From the NCBI GenBank assembly GCA_002811645.1, contig PDIP01000073.1:229524-293523 (forward strand): DNA of 64,000 bases. The letters are read 5' to 3'. Numbering within the stretch: the first letter of the stretch is position 1; each line of letters starts with the position of its first letter. The position numbers and the translations under genes were made by a program. This document shows, piece after piece, positions 12,033-22,235 of the stretch. Below the pieces are notes generated by a model. That model had not been told where the DNA came from. It worked only from the letters and a program-made list of their open reading frames with translations, and did no database searches. The DNA is from Corallochytrium limacisporum Hawaii. Its lineage: Eukaryota; Protista; Pluriformea.

Positions 12033-13303
12033 TGCGCTCGGTGTATGTATCGAACAAAAAGGAAACTAGAAATATGTGCTTCCGGACTTAAACCCCGAGC
12101 TTAGTTATTAGACACAAATACGTGGAAGTCCAGACAAAGCACCGTTCCACAGATGTACCTTCTCCTGCGTGTGTTCGGGGTGAGGCAAAAGGACGGAACA
12201 GTGCCCAAAAACCACCCCACATGGCTCCCCACCCGGACTGGTATAGCTCTCCCACACCCACCCAAAGGAAAATTATGCAAAATTTTACCTCGGTACAGGA
12301 GCAGAAGGGTAGACCGAGACCAACGAAGGAAGCAACAGAAATAAAGAAAAAGGGAGAGCACCCCTCGTGCGGTCGCGGCCCTGGGTGTTAATACCCCTCT
12401 CTCTCTCTCTCCCCCTCTCTCTGTGTCTGTGTGTCCCTGGCCCACCAGCAGCACGCACACTCAACCAGAGACCCACCCCGCACCCAAACGGGGCGAGGGC
12501 GGGCCAGCCATGTGAGGCCCCCCCCTCCGGTCCCTTGGTTTTCCATTATTTCTTATCCTACCATTTTTTTCCTTCTTTTTCTTTAGGCCTTCGGTCCTGT
12601 GCCACGCCCCCGATCGGGGAGAGAGTTCTATAGTGAAAGTACTGATAATACCGGGTTCCACTTTGGTGTGAGTCCAGGAATTCTCCGGACGACGTGAGCC
12701 TCGGAACCCGAAAAATTGGAGTGGCTTGGAGGCATCATCTCGTATTGGATATAGGTCTGCATGGCGTATAATTCACTGCCCGGTATACTTAATATATTGA
12801 GCGTGTGTGCGATACCTTCACAGTTTTTGGTATGAGACCCGTGGAAAATTTCCCCTTGTTCCAGGACCCGCGTAGTGGAAGATCAATTGCACTGCACCGG
12901 CTCTAGAGCCGCACCACCAGCCGTGCTACACACAGGGACAGGGTCTTTCCGCGAGACTCCTCCAACCCCCCTCCCCCCAAGGACGGCCAGAGTATGTATT
13001 TCCCAGAAGGCTGCCTTTTTCTTCTTTCTTCCTCTTTACTTTTTCTCGAAAATTCATTATTTTGGAACACTCAGCAACTTTTTTCTCTCTTTGTTAATTC
13101 CAAAATTTTGGGCTTATTTCCAACTGGGCAAAAGCTCCCTGTCCCTTCTTTTTCGTCTTTTATTTGACGCAATTTTTCCCCAATGAAAACAAATATCATA
13201 GTGTTGTGTGTGCTCGGATTATGTCCATATGTTTAATAATGGAATGCAGGTACATTTGTGACGGAGAACCTATCGGAAGGCATACCTCACGGGCTGACCC
13301 GCA

Positions 13304-13474
13304 CCCCCCGGGGGGGGGGGAATATTTCGCTCCCGTTCCGTAATAAATTCGGCGGGTTCGCCCGCTTTACGGAAATCGAACCCGCGCGACACAGAGGCCT
13401 CCTTGCGGGGGCTTGATCGCGTAAATAATATAACGAGGGGTTCAGCTTATAGCAGAGCCCCCGGGGGGGGGGGG
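13304..13474. other. Two C-run/G-run palindromes (C6G11 at 13304-13320, C5G12 at 13458-13474) bracketing a stem-loop-rich spacer
   Basis: Runs and complementary segments are read directly; function unknown. Confidence 0.5.
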
Positions 13475-14284
13475 TAGGCTCGCCGCTGGCAAAACTACGT
13501 ACACCGGGTCGCGGGGACGGTGTCCCTCCATCCTACGGACCTACGACAACAGCTCCGCTCATCAGAGGCCACAGACTCAACCACACATCGACGCCAACGG
13601 TTCTCGAAACTCTTCGCGTTGCTATCGCGCACGCAAATGTGAATCGCTGAGTAGGTGGAGCCGGTGGGGAATGGCTAATAGAGCCACTAAATATTAAGTG
13701 CTCCAGCCAGGGCGGGATACGAATACCCGCCTACTGATCTAATTACACCACTTCGGACTCTTTGCGTAAGTCCATTTGAGATGCTTGTGCAACATGCCCA
13801 ATACGGCAGTATGTTTTGCGCCTAAGACTACAAAGATGCAACTACAACACGACAAAACTAGTTTTCGTGTGCCGATCCACTTCTGGACATGGGACACTTT
13901 TCCCTTCAGTAGTAGCAACGTAGATCTCCTGCAGCCAGCACAAAGTCCCGCAATGGCTACACTCACACAAAGTTCATGTGGGCCTGCCATACCTGCGCAA
14001 AATCGGTGGGTAGCTCCCAAGCTTGGGAGCCCGTTGGACCAAGATTAGTGGTGCCCCAGTCTCCGTGCAACTGCTGACGCGGCGCTGATGTGTGTACAGT
14101 AGACCAACAGGCAGCATCCCGTGAAACACACACGTGAGTCTTGGTGAAAGATCCCTGAGCCTGGATGTCCCACCATCACGAAAAGGTATTTTAGAGATGG
14201 GCCGAACTTGATCAAGTAGCTTGACCAAGGATCACCGCAAACCTCTTCATGTGCATGAAGTAGTGAGCTCAAGACATTGACATC

Positions 14285-14653
14285 ATGAAATCTTTCATCA
14301 CCATCCTCGCCATCGCTGTTTTCAGTGTGGTCCAAGGGGCCTCCGTAGATACATGTGTTCCCGAGATGGCGGTGTGCATGTATGGCCCTGACTGCTGCGA
14401 CGATATGGGGTGCATTCTCAATAACATCGACAATGGCACCGGCTTATGCTATGGAACGATTCGGACTGGCGCGCCATGCGAAGACGATATTTCCTGCAAC
14501 AGTCTAAGGTGTGTAGATGGCTTCTGTGCTCCCCTAGCAAGCTGCAAACCCAATGGAGATTTCTGCCTTATGGACCTCGATTGCTGTGGTGGCTGGTGTG
14601 AGTTTGCTCCTGGTGGTGGCACGTGTCGCGACCGCGCAGACATGCCGCAGTAA
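14285..14653 (+). CDS. Small secreted cysteine-rich (knottin-like) protein
   Basis: Signal peptide MKSFITILAIAVFSVVQG; two C-x6-C-x5-CC modules around a 4-Cys module; atcATG context. Confidence 0.8.
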   Translation: MKSFITILAIAVFSVVQGASVDTCVPEMAVCMYGPDCCDDMGCILNNIDNGTGLCYGTIRTGAPCEDDISCNSLRCVDGFCAPLASCKPNGDFCLMDLDCCGGWCEFAPGGGTCRDRADMPQ

Positions 14654-15677
14654 GCCGGGCTCGTTCACCTATTCGACCACATGTTGCTCTCGGTGACAAG
14701 CATGAGCGGCGCAAACCTATCCAGCGTACCGTTGTCGCCCACTGCCATCTTCATTCCGATTGCACGACCACTTCCGAGGCCCTTCTGCAATCTTTGGCTT
14801 CCGGTATGTCCCTACGATACATGCTTTTGTGTTTGATTAAGTGTACAATACAATACTAAGGAGTCCCGTCCCCAAATCGCATCATTGTCCTGGTACGAGA
14901 CAACCTCGCCAATTGCTCGGTGCTCTTCCTCCATCTTCCCGTCCAGCGGGATATGAGCGGAACCAGAGTATGCAAGGATTGACAAAGAACCACTGCTCAT
15001 TTGCGGAACGCTTCCTTTGGGGATACACCTACACTGGTCTTTTTGCTCAGATCCCAACGTACAAAGCAACTCTTCGTTGCATAGGAAGGCATCGGCAGAA
15101 GACGAAGAGTTGAACACCACTCAGCCATGGCAAAAACAAAAAATTTTCAACCTGTGGGGGATGCGCGCGGTCGCCTACGCATCCATTAACGTTATTGCGA
15201 ACTCCTTGTGTCAGCCACAGTATGGGCGTTGTAGAACATACTCACTGCAGAGAATCCGGTACGACTCAGATTGAATAGACGCAAGTACGACACGACGAGA
15301 ACAATACTTTCGTCCATACCAACCCATTTCGTTCTCTTGGGTCTTCCCGGTGACCAAGTACCTATGGAATCCGAAGCGATAGCATGACGCAACAAGCAGG
15401 AATCTGATAGAGCCAGGGAATTATTGTCCCTCCCTCTGGGGGTTGGGGAAGGGGGTTTCATGCCTTCGGCGCCCAGGTTCGGATGCAGCAGCGCCAAGAA
15501 CTGCTTTTCCAGTAGGGCGACCAAAATTGCTGTGATGCTACTTCAGGTGCTGTCTAATAGGTGTTCGCAAGTTCGGGATAAGATTACTATACATAGGTGT
15601 AGCCAAGTTTAAGAAATTCTTACTTTTCTTGCACTGAAGGTTCATGATGCCATTTGTTGGAGGTCAAGTTGGGCGTC

Positions 15678-16640
15678 ATGTGTGATGATGCGGAGGACCT
15701 TGTAGATGCTCTACAGGCAACCACTGTCGACGGAGTTGATAGCGCAGTGTCTACTCAATGTGCGACACCCGGCATTCTCCCTCTTTTCAGAAAAAAGGCG
15801 GGATCTTACAAGGAAGGCCCAGGAAGCACAATTTCACAGAACGCGCTTCGAAGAGATCACTTGGAGCGCTTGCAAGCCAGAAGGGCGGCCCTTCTTGAGT
15901 CCAGGCGGGCTCAATCATATGACAAGTCGTGCACTGAACAACATGCTGTGTCTGAGTTGCCAGTAGAATCGGACCGGAGGACTAAGGGACACTGGAACAA
16001 TCCGTGGGCATATCAGATCATGTTGAGTGACTGGCTTGTGGAAGTTCCTGACGATTTTGAGACTGCATGGGACGCATACATGTGTCCAGTTGGCAAGCGT
16101 TGTTTGGTACGAGCCGGTGGAGGGCATACTAGTGCTTACACACGTCATGGACGCAACATTATGCACTTCCAGTCGAAATTGCCCGGTGGGTTGAGCCGAC
16201 AAAAGAGAACACCTAGAGATTACGTTCTTCTTGACTGCGTTTGGGATGAGGAGCGCAGAACTTTTTACGTGCTTGATGTCATGGTCTGGAAAGAGCTGGA
16301 CTTCTACGATTCAGACCGCTCTTTCCGGTGTTTTTGGATCTCGTCAAAGATCAAGGAATTGAATCTGACCGAACGGGTAAAACAGGACCAGTGCTGTTTC
16401 CTTCCGCTGCACAGCTTCGCGTGCACGTCCAGGGGACTCCAAGAACTTCTTTCTGCTCAATTTGAGTACGGTCGGGATGGCATCTTGTTCTATCACCATG
16501 ACTGTGACTACACACCGAACATCAGGAATCCACTGACAGCATTCTTAGAGCCTAAGATGTGTGAGAAGGTATTGGGCATCTCAGATGATGCAGTCGCAGA
16601 GGCCAAACGAGACGAAAGAGCGAACAATTTACGAAGCTAA
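15678..16640 (+). CDS. SNUPN: Snurportin-1 (m3G-cap snRNP import adaptor)
   Basis: IBB-like SQNALRR..L..Q..RR, IMLSDWLVEVP, CPVGKRCLV, FQSKLPGG, LLDC, FYVLDVMVW, DGILFYH. ATG at 15678. Confidence 0.92.
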   Translation: MCDDAEDLVDALQATTVDGVDSAVSTQCATPGILPLFRKKAGSYKEGPGSTISQNALRRDHLERLQARRAALLESRRAQSYDKSCTEQHAVSELPVESDRRTKGHWNNPWAYQIMLSDWLVEVPDDFETAWDAYMCPVGKRCLVRAGGGHTSAYTRHGRNIMHFQSKLPGGLSRQKRTPRDYVLLDCVWDEERRTFYVLDVMVWKELDFYDSDRSFRCFWISSKIKELNLTERVKQDQCCFLPLHSFACTSRGLQELLSAQFEYGRDGILFYHHDCDYTPNIRNPLTAFLEPKMCEKVLGISDDAVAEAKRDERANNLRS

Positions 16641-16836
16641 TGAACATCACGAGTTTTGTATCATAAACTGTACAATAGAGAACAAACACAGAATACTTGA
16701 GATATGAAATTTGATGAACTTTTTTGTTACGTTTTTGGTGTTTCGCAGTATGTTGTAGAGCAACATATGTTTTGCGATCTTTCCAGGTGAAAGGTTTTAT
16801 CACAAGACCTAAAGAGATGGTATCTAATCATCTCGT

Positions 16837-17385
16837 TTAGGAGAACATAGCCCGCCGTGTTGCATCCTCCAGGTAGTCTTCGATTTGTTTTGCGAAATCT
16901 GAGGGAGGGGTGTCACCCTGCGACTTTAGCTGACGATATGCCAAGTGGACAGCGATTCGGTCATCCTGACGCATTAGCATCTCGAAGAGACCACGGTAGA
17001 AATCCATGCTTGGCCTCTCACCACGCTCTGCAAGGACCAGCATCCTGCGGAGCCATTTCTGACGCTCCATAGCCTGGTCTTCGGGGAAAATATCGACGTA
17101 GTCGGCGTTATCTAGATATGCCTTCCGAACCGGGGGCAGGACAATGTCCTTCGGCCCGTCGTCAAGGTGAGAAAACTTTTTGTCCCACATGGCTGCCTCT
17201 GTCATGTCGGGAGTACCCGTGGACTTGTTCGCCTCCTGAAGCGACCGAGTGCTGGTGATAAACGTGCGTGACTTCCATGACGATGCTACTAGTGCTGTGT
17301 TGTTCTGACGGAGAGTCATGCAGCTGGGGCGGCTGTGGCGTACAGCCCCACGCAGAGCCTTGCTTGCTAATGCGACACGAAACAT
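16837..17385 (-). CDS. Predicted mitochondrial protein with a single PPR-like C-terminal helical motif
   Basis: Arg/Ser-rich presequence (MFRVALASKALRGAVRH); RPSMDFYRGLFEML...AYRQLKSQGDTP resembles a PPR repeat. Identity uncertain. Confidence 0.6.
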   Translation of the reverse strand: MFRVALASKALRGAVRHSRPSCMTLRQNNTALVASSWKSRTFITSTRSLQEANKSTGTPDMTEAAMWDKKFSHLDDGPKDIVLPPVRKAYLDNADYVDIFPEDQAMERQKWLRRMLVLAERGERPSMDFYRGLFEMLMRQDDRIAVHLAYRQLKSQGDTPPSDFAKQIEDYLEDATRRAMFS

Positions 17386-18060
17386 GATCAAAGAACTGGT
17401 GCTTACTAAACGTTTCCCGTGACACCCTTGAATATATCCAGAAGAGATTCTGTGTTTACCTTGTTTTTGTCTCTCAATTGCTTACCGTGTAAATTGGTAA
17501 GCAGCCATATATCGACACAGGCTTGGCAAATTTGTCTACTAAGACCGGACTCCTATTATGCTACTCGTTGTCTTGACCTGGCGTGGTTCCGTATTCCCTA
17601 CACCAGCTACAGAACAAACTGCCCTGGATGCCTATTTATATTGAAGCAGTGCTAGGCGAAAACTGCTCTGTGGTGCATACAAGGCAAGGTCGCTGTCAAG
17701 GACAAACAACCTGCTGTTTCCTGAAATAGCAGGAGGATGTGGCACGACAAAATTGATTCGGTCGTGCAATTATTGCACTTAGAGCACACATACAATTCTG
17801 TCTGGGAGCAGCTGCCTTCGCTTCGGACACAGAAATACTGCGAAACGGTCGCGGAAGTGTGATGGAAAGCAAACTGCCAAAGTGGTCTTAAATGCTCGAA
17901 AGAGAAGGGTGTCAGGATGCGAACACAGACCATTCACAGACTGATCTCGAGGTTTGCAGGTGTACTCCTCACACTGCATACACATACAGAGAGCCACTCC
18001 ACGCTCAACACTCCCCAAAATGTCCCATCGCGCGAAGTGCTAACCGCTACCCATCCGGTC

Positions 18061-18372
18061 TTTCATGACCACCTTTTCTTTTCCGTGCACTCTTGCTCCC
18101 ACACACCGAGGTTGTCGCAGGTATACACCGCGATGCCGACTGCTGGCGGATCGCAATTCAAAAGCCAACAACTGGTGAAACACAAGGAGGGTGGAAATGA
18201 AGTATACAGCTCCATGCAAATGTCAATACGTTTGCTCATTCAACCATCCATGTGCGACCCTTCCCGTTTTCGCGTGGTGGGGTTTGGATGGTTTGTGATA
18301 TTCACCGAACGGCGGAGGAGGAGCCAGTGGTTGAGACAGGGGTGAGACACGTACATAGACGACATCGCAACA
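18061..18372 (+). mobile_element. Degenerate reverse-transcriptase remnant, DIRS-like
   Basis: One frame reads RFRVVGFGWFVIFT...QWLRQG*DTYIDDI, matching the order of RT motifs (F.vLPFG, FT, LR..G, YxDD); TGA at 18343-18345. Confidence 0.45.
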
Positions 18373-19236
18373 ATACTGAAGACATCAAACCACTCATCGC
18401 GGCCATCCATCGTCATCCACAGAACAAGATCAGCTCTAGGAGAGACAATCGTACAGTAGACGCCCAGACACGGAAGCAAGCGTGTTCGTAGAATCCGTAA
18501 CCATATGTTTTGTTTGGAGGGAAAAGGACGTGGGGTTGTTGCTCCCCACTGGCTTTTACTTTGTTGTTAATTTTTTGTTTATGCCAGTTCTCTATACTAC
18601 AAGTATCAAGACCAGTGCAATGCGGTGGGGATGTTGTGGCGGAGTTGCCGCCTCGGTGTACTCCAAGTCAACTGACATTTTCCATTGGCTCGTCCGGTTT
18701 GGCCAAGATAGTGAATGTACCGAAATGCTGTCGCGCCTTCTGCTGGCCTGGCCCCCCTCCCCAACCCCTACTCTCCCCTAACGCACTTGTTTTGTGTACG
18801 CACCAAGATTGGGAAGCTATAATGATGTTGTTAGGGGTACATTGTCATAGGGTAGGAAGGAGAATCCGTCGGGGGAGGGGGTGGGGGGATTTTCTGTGTG
18901 TGTGTGTGTGTGTGTGGCGGGTACTGCTTGCACACTGGACGAGCCTGGGTGCTCCCCACTCGTGATGAGGGGCACACCGAAAATGCGAGAGCCGCAGGCA
19001 CTAATGCGCTCAGCCGAGTACGCAATAGGAAGGTAATTTAAGGTGATAATGTGATTGAATCGAGGGTATTGAAATGGAGCATTTGATCCAATTCGTGCTT
19101 TAAAGAAACTAGAACACTGAACAGAAGGGTATGAAGGAGTGTCTGTGACCATGGAGGTACGTCAATGTAGAGGACGGCTCCACAAGTGAATAGAACTTGT
19201 CATAATAGTAGATTAGGTGCATTTAATTAAGACAAT

Positions 19237-20661
19237 ATGTACGGCACCGCGCAGGCGCGGTACTGCGCGGGAATTTTTTGCTTAATCCTGGTGAACACGC
19301 TCTGGGTTTCCTCATCGGAGTTGATGCAGTTCATCTATGCTGATGACAGCACTAATTTTGCTAAGCCGCTGTTTTTGACATACTACAATACCGCTTGGTT
19401 CTTCATCTACATTTGCTATGTAATGGCTCAAGAGAAATGGCGTCATCAGTTAAAGGACGTCGTGAACCTAAATGGGGTCCGGATCCTGGTCAAATATTTA
19501 TTTGCACAAGTCCTTCCTTGTGCGGCAGATGTATATGTATCTGATCCTTACAACACAGAATATGTCGAAGTAGTCGGAGACAGCACTGATGCAGTGGACC
19601 AGAGACTTCTAGGTAGCCAAAACATACCAACTGTGGCAGATGAGACACCTGACAATGGAGTACGGGATAGCGTGTCCAGCACCGGCAGCCGCAGGAGTTT
19701 CAAGGATCACGACCCTGATTCCCCGGTGCCAAAGTTTTCCATGTTGGAGCATGCTGTGGTAGGCCTGCGCTTTTGTTTGATTTGGTTCACTGCGAACTTT
19801 ATGTTCAATCTCAGCTTGGTTACAACCTCTGTGGCTTCCAACACGGTGATCAGTGCCACATCCTCGGCGTGGACCCTAATGCTGGGTGCCGTTGTGTTGC
19901 GAGGTCCAGAGGATCGAATTACGTGGCCGAGGCTGTTGGGTGTGTTACTCACCTTTGTGGGCATCTTTCTGGTTGCCTACAGTGACACAACCAAAACCAC
20001 CGGGGACGGAAATGATCAGCATGAGAACACAAGGTCATTGGGAGGAGATCTGGCGGCACTCTTTGCGGCCATTCTGTATGCGTGTTACCTTGTCTACCTC
20101 AAGTACAACGTTCCAGACGAGAATCAACTCGACACATTCGTATTCTTTAGCTGGGTCGGTTTCTTTGATATTGTGCTGATATCGCCAGTGCTGCTTTTGG
20201 CTCACTTGACCGGCCTGGAGACATTTGAGATCCCGTCCGCTACTACTTTGGGATTCCTTACGCTGAATGCATTTCTGGGTACTGTGGTAGGCGATCTCTT
20301 GTGGTTGTACAGCATGTTGCTGACATCGCCGTTCATTGCTACCGTTGGGCTATCTATTTCGATCCCTGAAGGCATTTTGGGAGACATTTTACTAGGCAAG
20401 GCGAAGCCAACGGTGCTGTTTATATTCGGAACCATCTTTATTGTGGTGGCCTTCTTCCTGGTCAACATCCATCACATCCCCGGCTGCATGCCAGATACTA
20501 ATGAGGATGATGTAGATGAGGAGAACGACAACGGTGGAATTGACTACAATGACAATACGGACATTGTCAGTTTTGGCGCGGGAAGGCAAGCCGAAGATAT
20601 GAGTCTACATTCATGGCACGCGTCCCCCCGGGGAACACCACAAACAGGGATGAACACGTAA
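19237..20661 (+). CDS. SLC35F5: SLC35F5/THI74-like DMT-superfamily transporter
   Basis: LWVSSSEL, FAKPLFLTY, FCLIWFTAN, TSVASNTVISATS, GDL, DLLWLYSMLLTSP...GLSISIP. Confidence 0.85.
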   Translation: MYGTAQARYCAGIFCLILVNTLWVSSSELMQFIYADDSTNFAKPLFLTYYNTAWFFIYICYVMAQEKWRHQLKDVVNLNGVRILVKYLFAQVLPCAADVYVSDPYNTEYVEVVGDSTDAVDQRLLGSQNIPTVADETPDNGVRDSVSSTGSRRSFKDHDPDSPVPKFSMLEHAVVGLRFCLIWFTANFMFNLSLVTTSVASNTVISATSSAWTLMLGAVVLRGPEDRITWPRLLGVLLTFVGIFLVAYSDTTKTTGDGNDQHENTRSLGGDLAALFAAILYACYLVYLKYNVPDENQLDTFVFFSWVGFFDIVLISPVLLLAHLTGLETFEIPSATTLGFLTLNAFLGTVVGDLLWLYSMLLTSPFIATVGLSISIPEGILGDILLGKAKPTVLFIFGTIFIVVAFFLVNIHHIPGCMPDTNEDDVDEENDNGGIDYNDNTDIVSFGAGRQAEDMSLHSWHASPRGTPQTGMNT

Positions 20662-20777
20662 CGAGAAGATCATGCATATCGTAGGAATAAAGCTTGAGCC
20701 TTACAGTCTTGTGTTTTGTTAGGATGACGTATTTCTTGGTATTGTTCTTAGATTGGTACGGAGAGTGGGTAACGATT

Positions 20778-21953
20778 TCACTCGTCACCATCGTCCTCAT
20801 CCCGCTGAGGCCTTCCACCGTCCATGTGAGCATCATCATTGACGGCGTCGGACTTGTCATCGGAAGCTGCGGGAGGGGGGTCTTCTCTCGGAGGAGGTGG
20901 CACATCTCCCGGTCCATTGTCAGTGACTCCATTCGCACCTGTATCTCCGTTGCTGCTTTCGTTATCCCTCATAGGTAGATCGTTGTTGCTATCGTCAGCA
21001 GGGCGATCATCTCCGTCTCGATCCTTATTCCTCCGGCGATCCCGGCCGCGATTGCGACCGCGGTCCCTTCCACGGTTGCGACCTCCACGGTCATCCCGAC
21101 GGTCCCTATCGTCGCGACGGTCTCGAGGGCTACGACTGCGGCTGCGGTCCCTGTCATCATCGCGGTCCCGCGGACTACGACCTCTACGGTCCCGTCTCCG
21201 ATCTTGCGCCGGGGGACTGACGGATCGGCGATCTTCAGTCAGCTTTAATCGACGGCCATTGATCTCCATGTCATCAAAGTCACGTACGGCACGCTCCAGA
21301 TCCTCAGGCCGCTCAAAGTCTACAACACCTTCATTTCGACGTGTCCGGTGGGCATCAGCGTATGTCACGGTGCCAGCCTTACGCATTATGTCCTTGAGGT
21401 CCTGCCAGCTGACTCGACTACTCAAGTTCTCCACGATCAGGCGGTAGCGAGTACGACGAGGTGGTCCATATTTGTCCCTCCCACCTCGATCCCTATCTCT
21501 GCGGTCCCTGTCGCGATCACGACGGTCTCGGTCTCGGTCTCGGTCTCGATCTCTGTCACGGCGGTCACGGTCACGGTCACGGTCACGGTCGCGGTCACGG
21601 CGGTCGCCGCCGTCGCGGTTCCGCCTCTCGCGCTGAGTACCCTTGGCGATCTCAACGCGTATCCGCTGTCCGTCAATTTCCGTGTCATTGGCACCCCGTA
21701 CAGCACCCTCTGCATCCTGGTTGCTCGAATACTCGATGAACCCAAAGCCTCTGCTGTGTACCTTCATGTCCGCAATCTTGCCATACTTTTCGAAAATGCC
21801 ACGAAGTTCTTCCTCACGCACGGACTTTGAGAGGTTACCGATATACACCCGAGGTCCGACGGGAAGGGGCGGTCCCGGAGGTGGTGCTCCAGAAGGAGGC
21901 GCACCGGTGTCCTTAGGGGCGTCGCCTTTCTGATCCTCAGCAGTGTCCCCCAT
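20778..21953 (-). CDS. SR splicing factor, two-RRM SRSF4/5/6 type, with RD-rich repeats
   Basis: RRM1 (VYIGNL, GFGFIEY), pseudo-RRM [20 protein letters not shown] 21953 has A at -3; in-frame upstream ATG 22157 has a weak context. Confidence 0.9.
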   Translation of the reverse strand: MGDTAEDQKGDAPKDTGAPPSGAPPPGPPLPVGPRVYIGNLSKSVREEELRGIFEKYGKIADMKVHSRGFGFIEYSSNQDAEGAVRGANDTEIDGQRIRVEIAKGTQRERRNRDGGDRRDRDRDRDRDRDRRDRDRDRDRDRDRRDRDRDRRDRDRGGRDKYGPPRRTRYRLIVENLSSRVSWQDLKDIMRKAGTVTYADAHRTRRNEGVVDFERPEDLERAVRDFDDMEINGRRLKLTEDRRSVSPPAQDRRRDRRGRSPRDRDDDRDRSRSRSPRDRRDDRDRRDDRGGRNRGRDRGRNRGRDRRRNKDRDGDDRPADDSNNDLPMRDNESSNGDTGANGVTDNGPGDVPPPPREDPPPAASDDKSDAVNDDAHMDGGRPQRDEDDGDE

Positions 21954-22198
21954 TCTTAAAATTCCCGCACTTAAATATGTGAGTTTGATTACTTTGTAAA
22001 GTACACAAGCTAACGTACCTTTCAAAAAATATTCTGGTCCTGATCCAAATTTCACTTCATTAACATGCCTTGGTGAATTTTCAAATATCACAGAATTGGA
22101 CCCTTTGCAAAATTCTATTTCATCGAACTCATTGGTGATTTGTAGTGCCTGTAACATCTGAGAAACCTTTGCATCCTTTTCTACATTTTAGCTACAGA

Positions 22199-22235
22199 CT
22201 TCTTATGTCAAAAGCCGCTTCTTATGTCAAAAGCC
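22199..22235. repeat. Direct tandem duplication of CTTCTTATGTCAAAAGCC
   Basis: Two identical 18-mers at 22199-22216 and 22218-22235. Confidence 0.9.

Noticed and set aside
12641-12715. Hammerhead-like CTGATAA...CGGGTTCC/GGAACCCG...AAA
   Set aside because: Core is CTGATAA rather than CTGANGA, and stems I and III are missing; only an 8-bp stem.
13369-13460. tRNA T-arm-like GGGTTCGATT on the minus strand
   Set aside because: No G53-C61 pair, D arm or acceptor stem.
13739-13800. C1-domain-like HKHLKWTYAKSPKWCN on the minus strand
   Set aside because: A stop follows immediately and the remaining Cys/His ligands are absent.
14204-14231. GAACTTGATCAAGTAGCTTGACCAAGG resembling TPP riboswitch P4/P5
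   Set aside because: Lacks the UAAU loop, the GCG bulge and a proper UGAGA/P2 arm; the adjacent gene is unrelated to thiamine.
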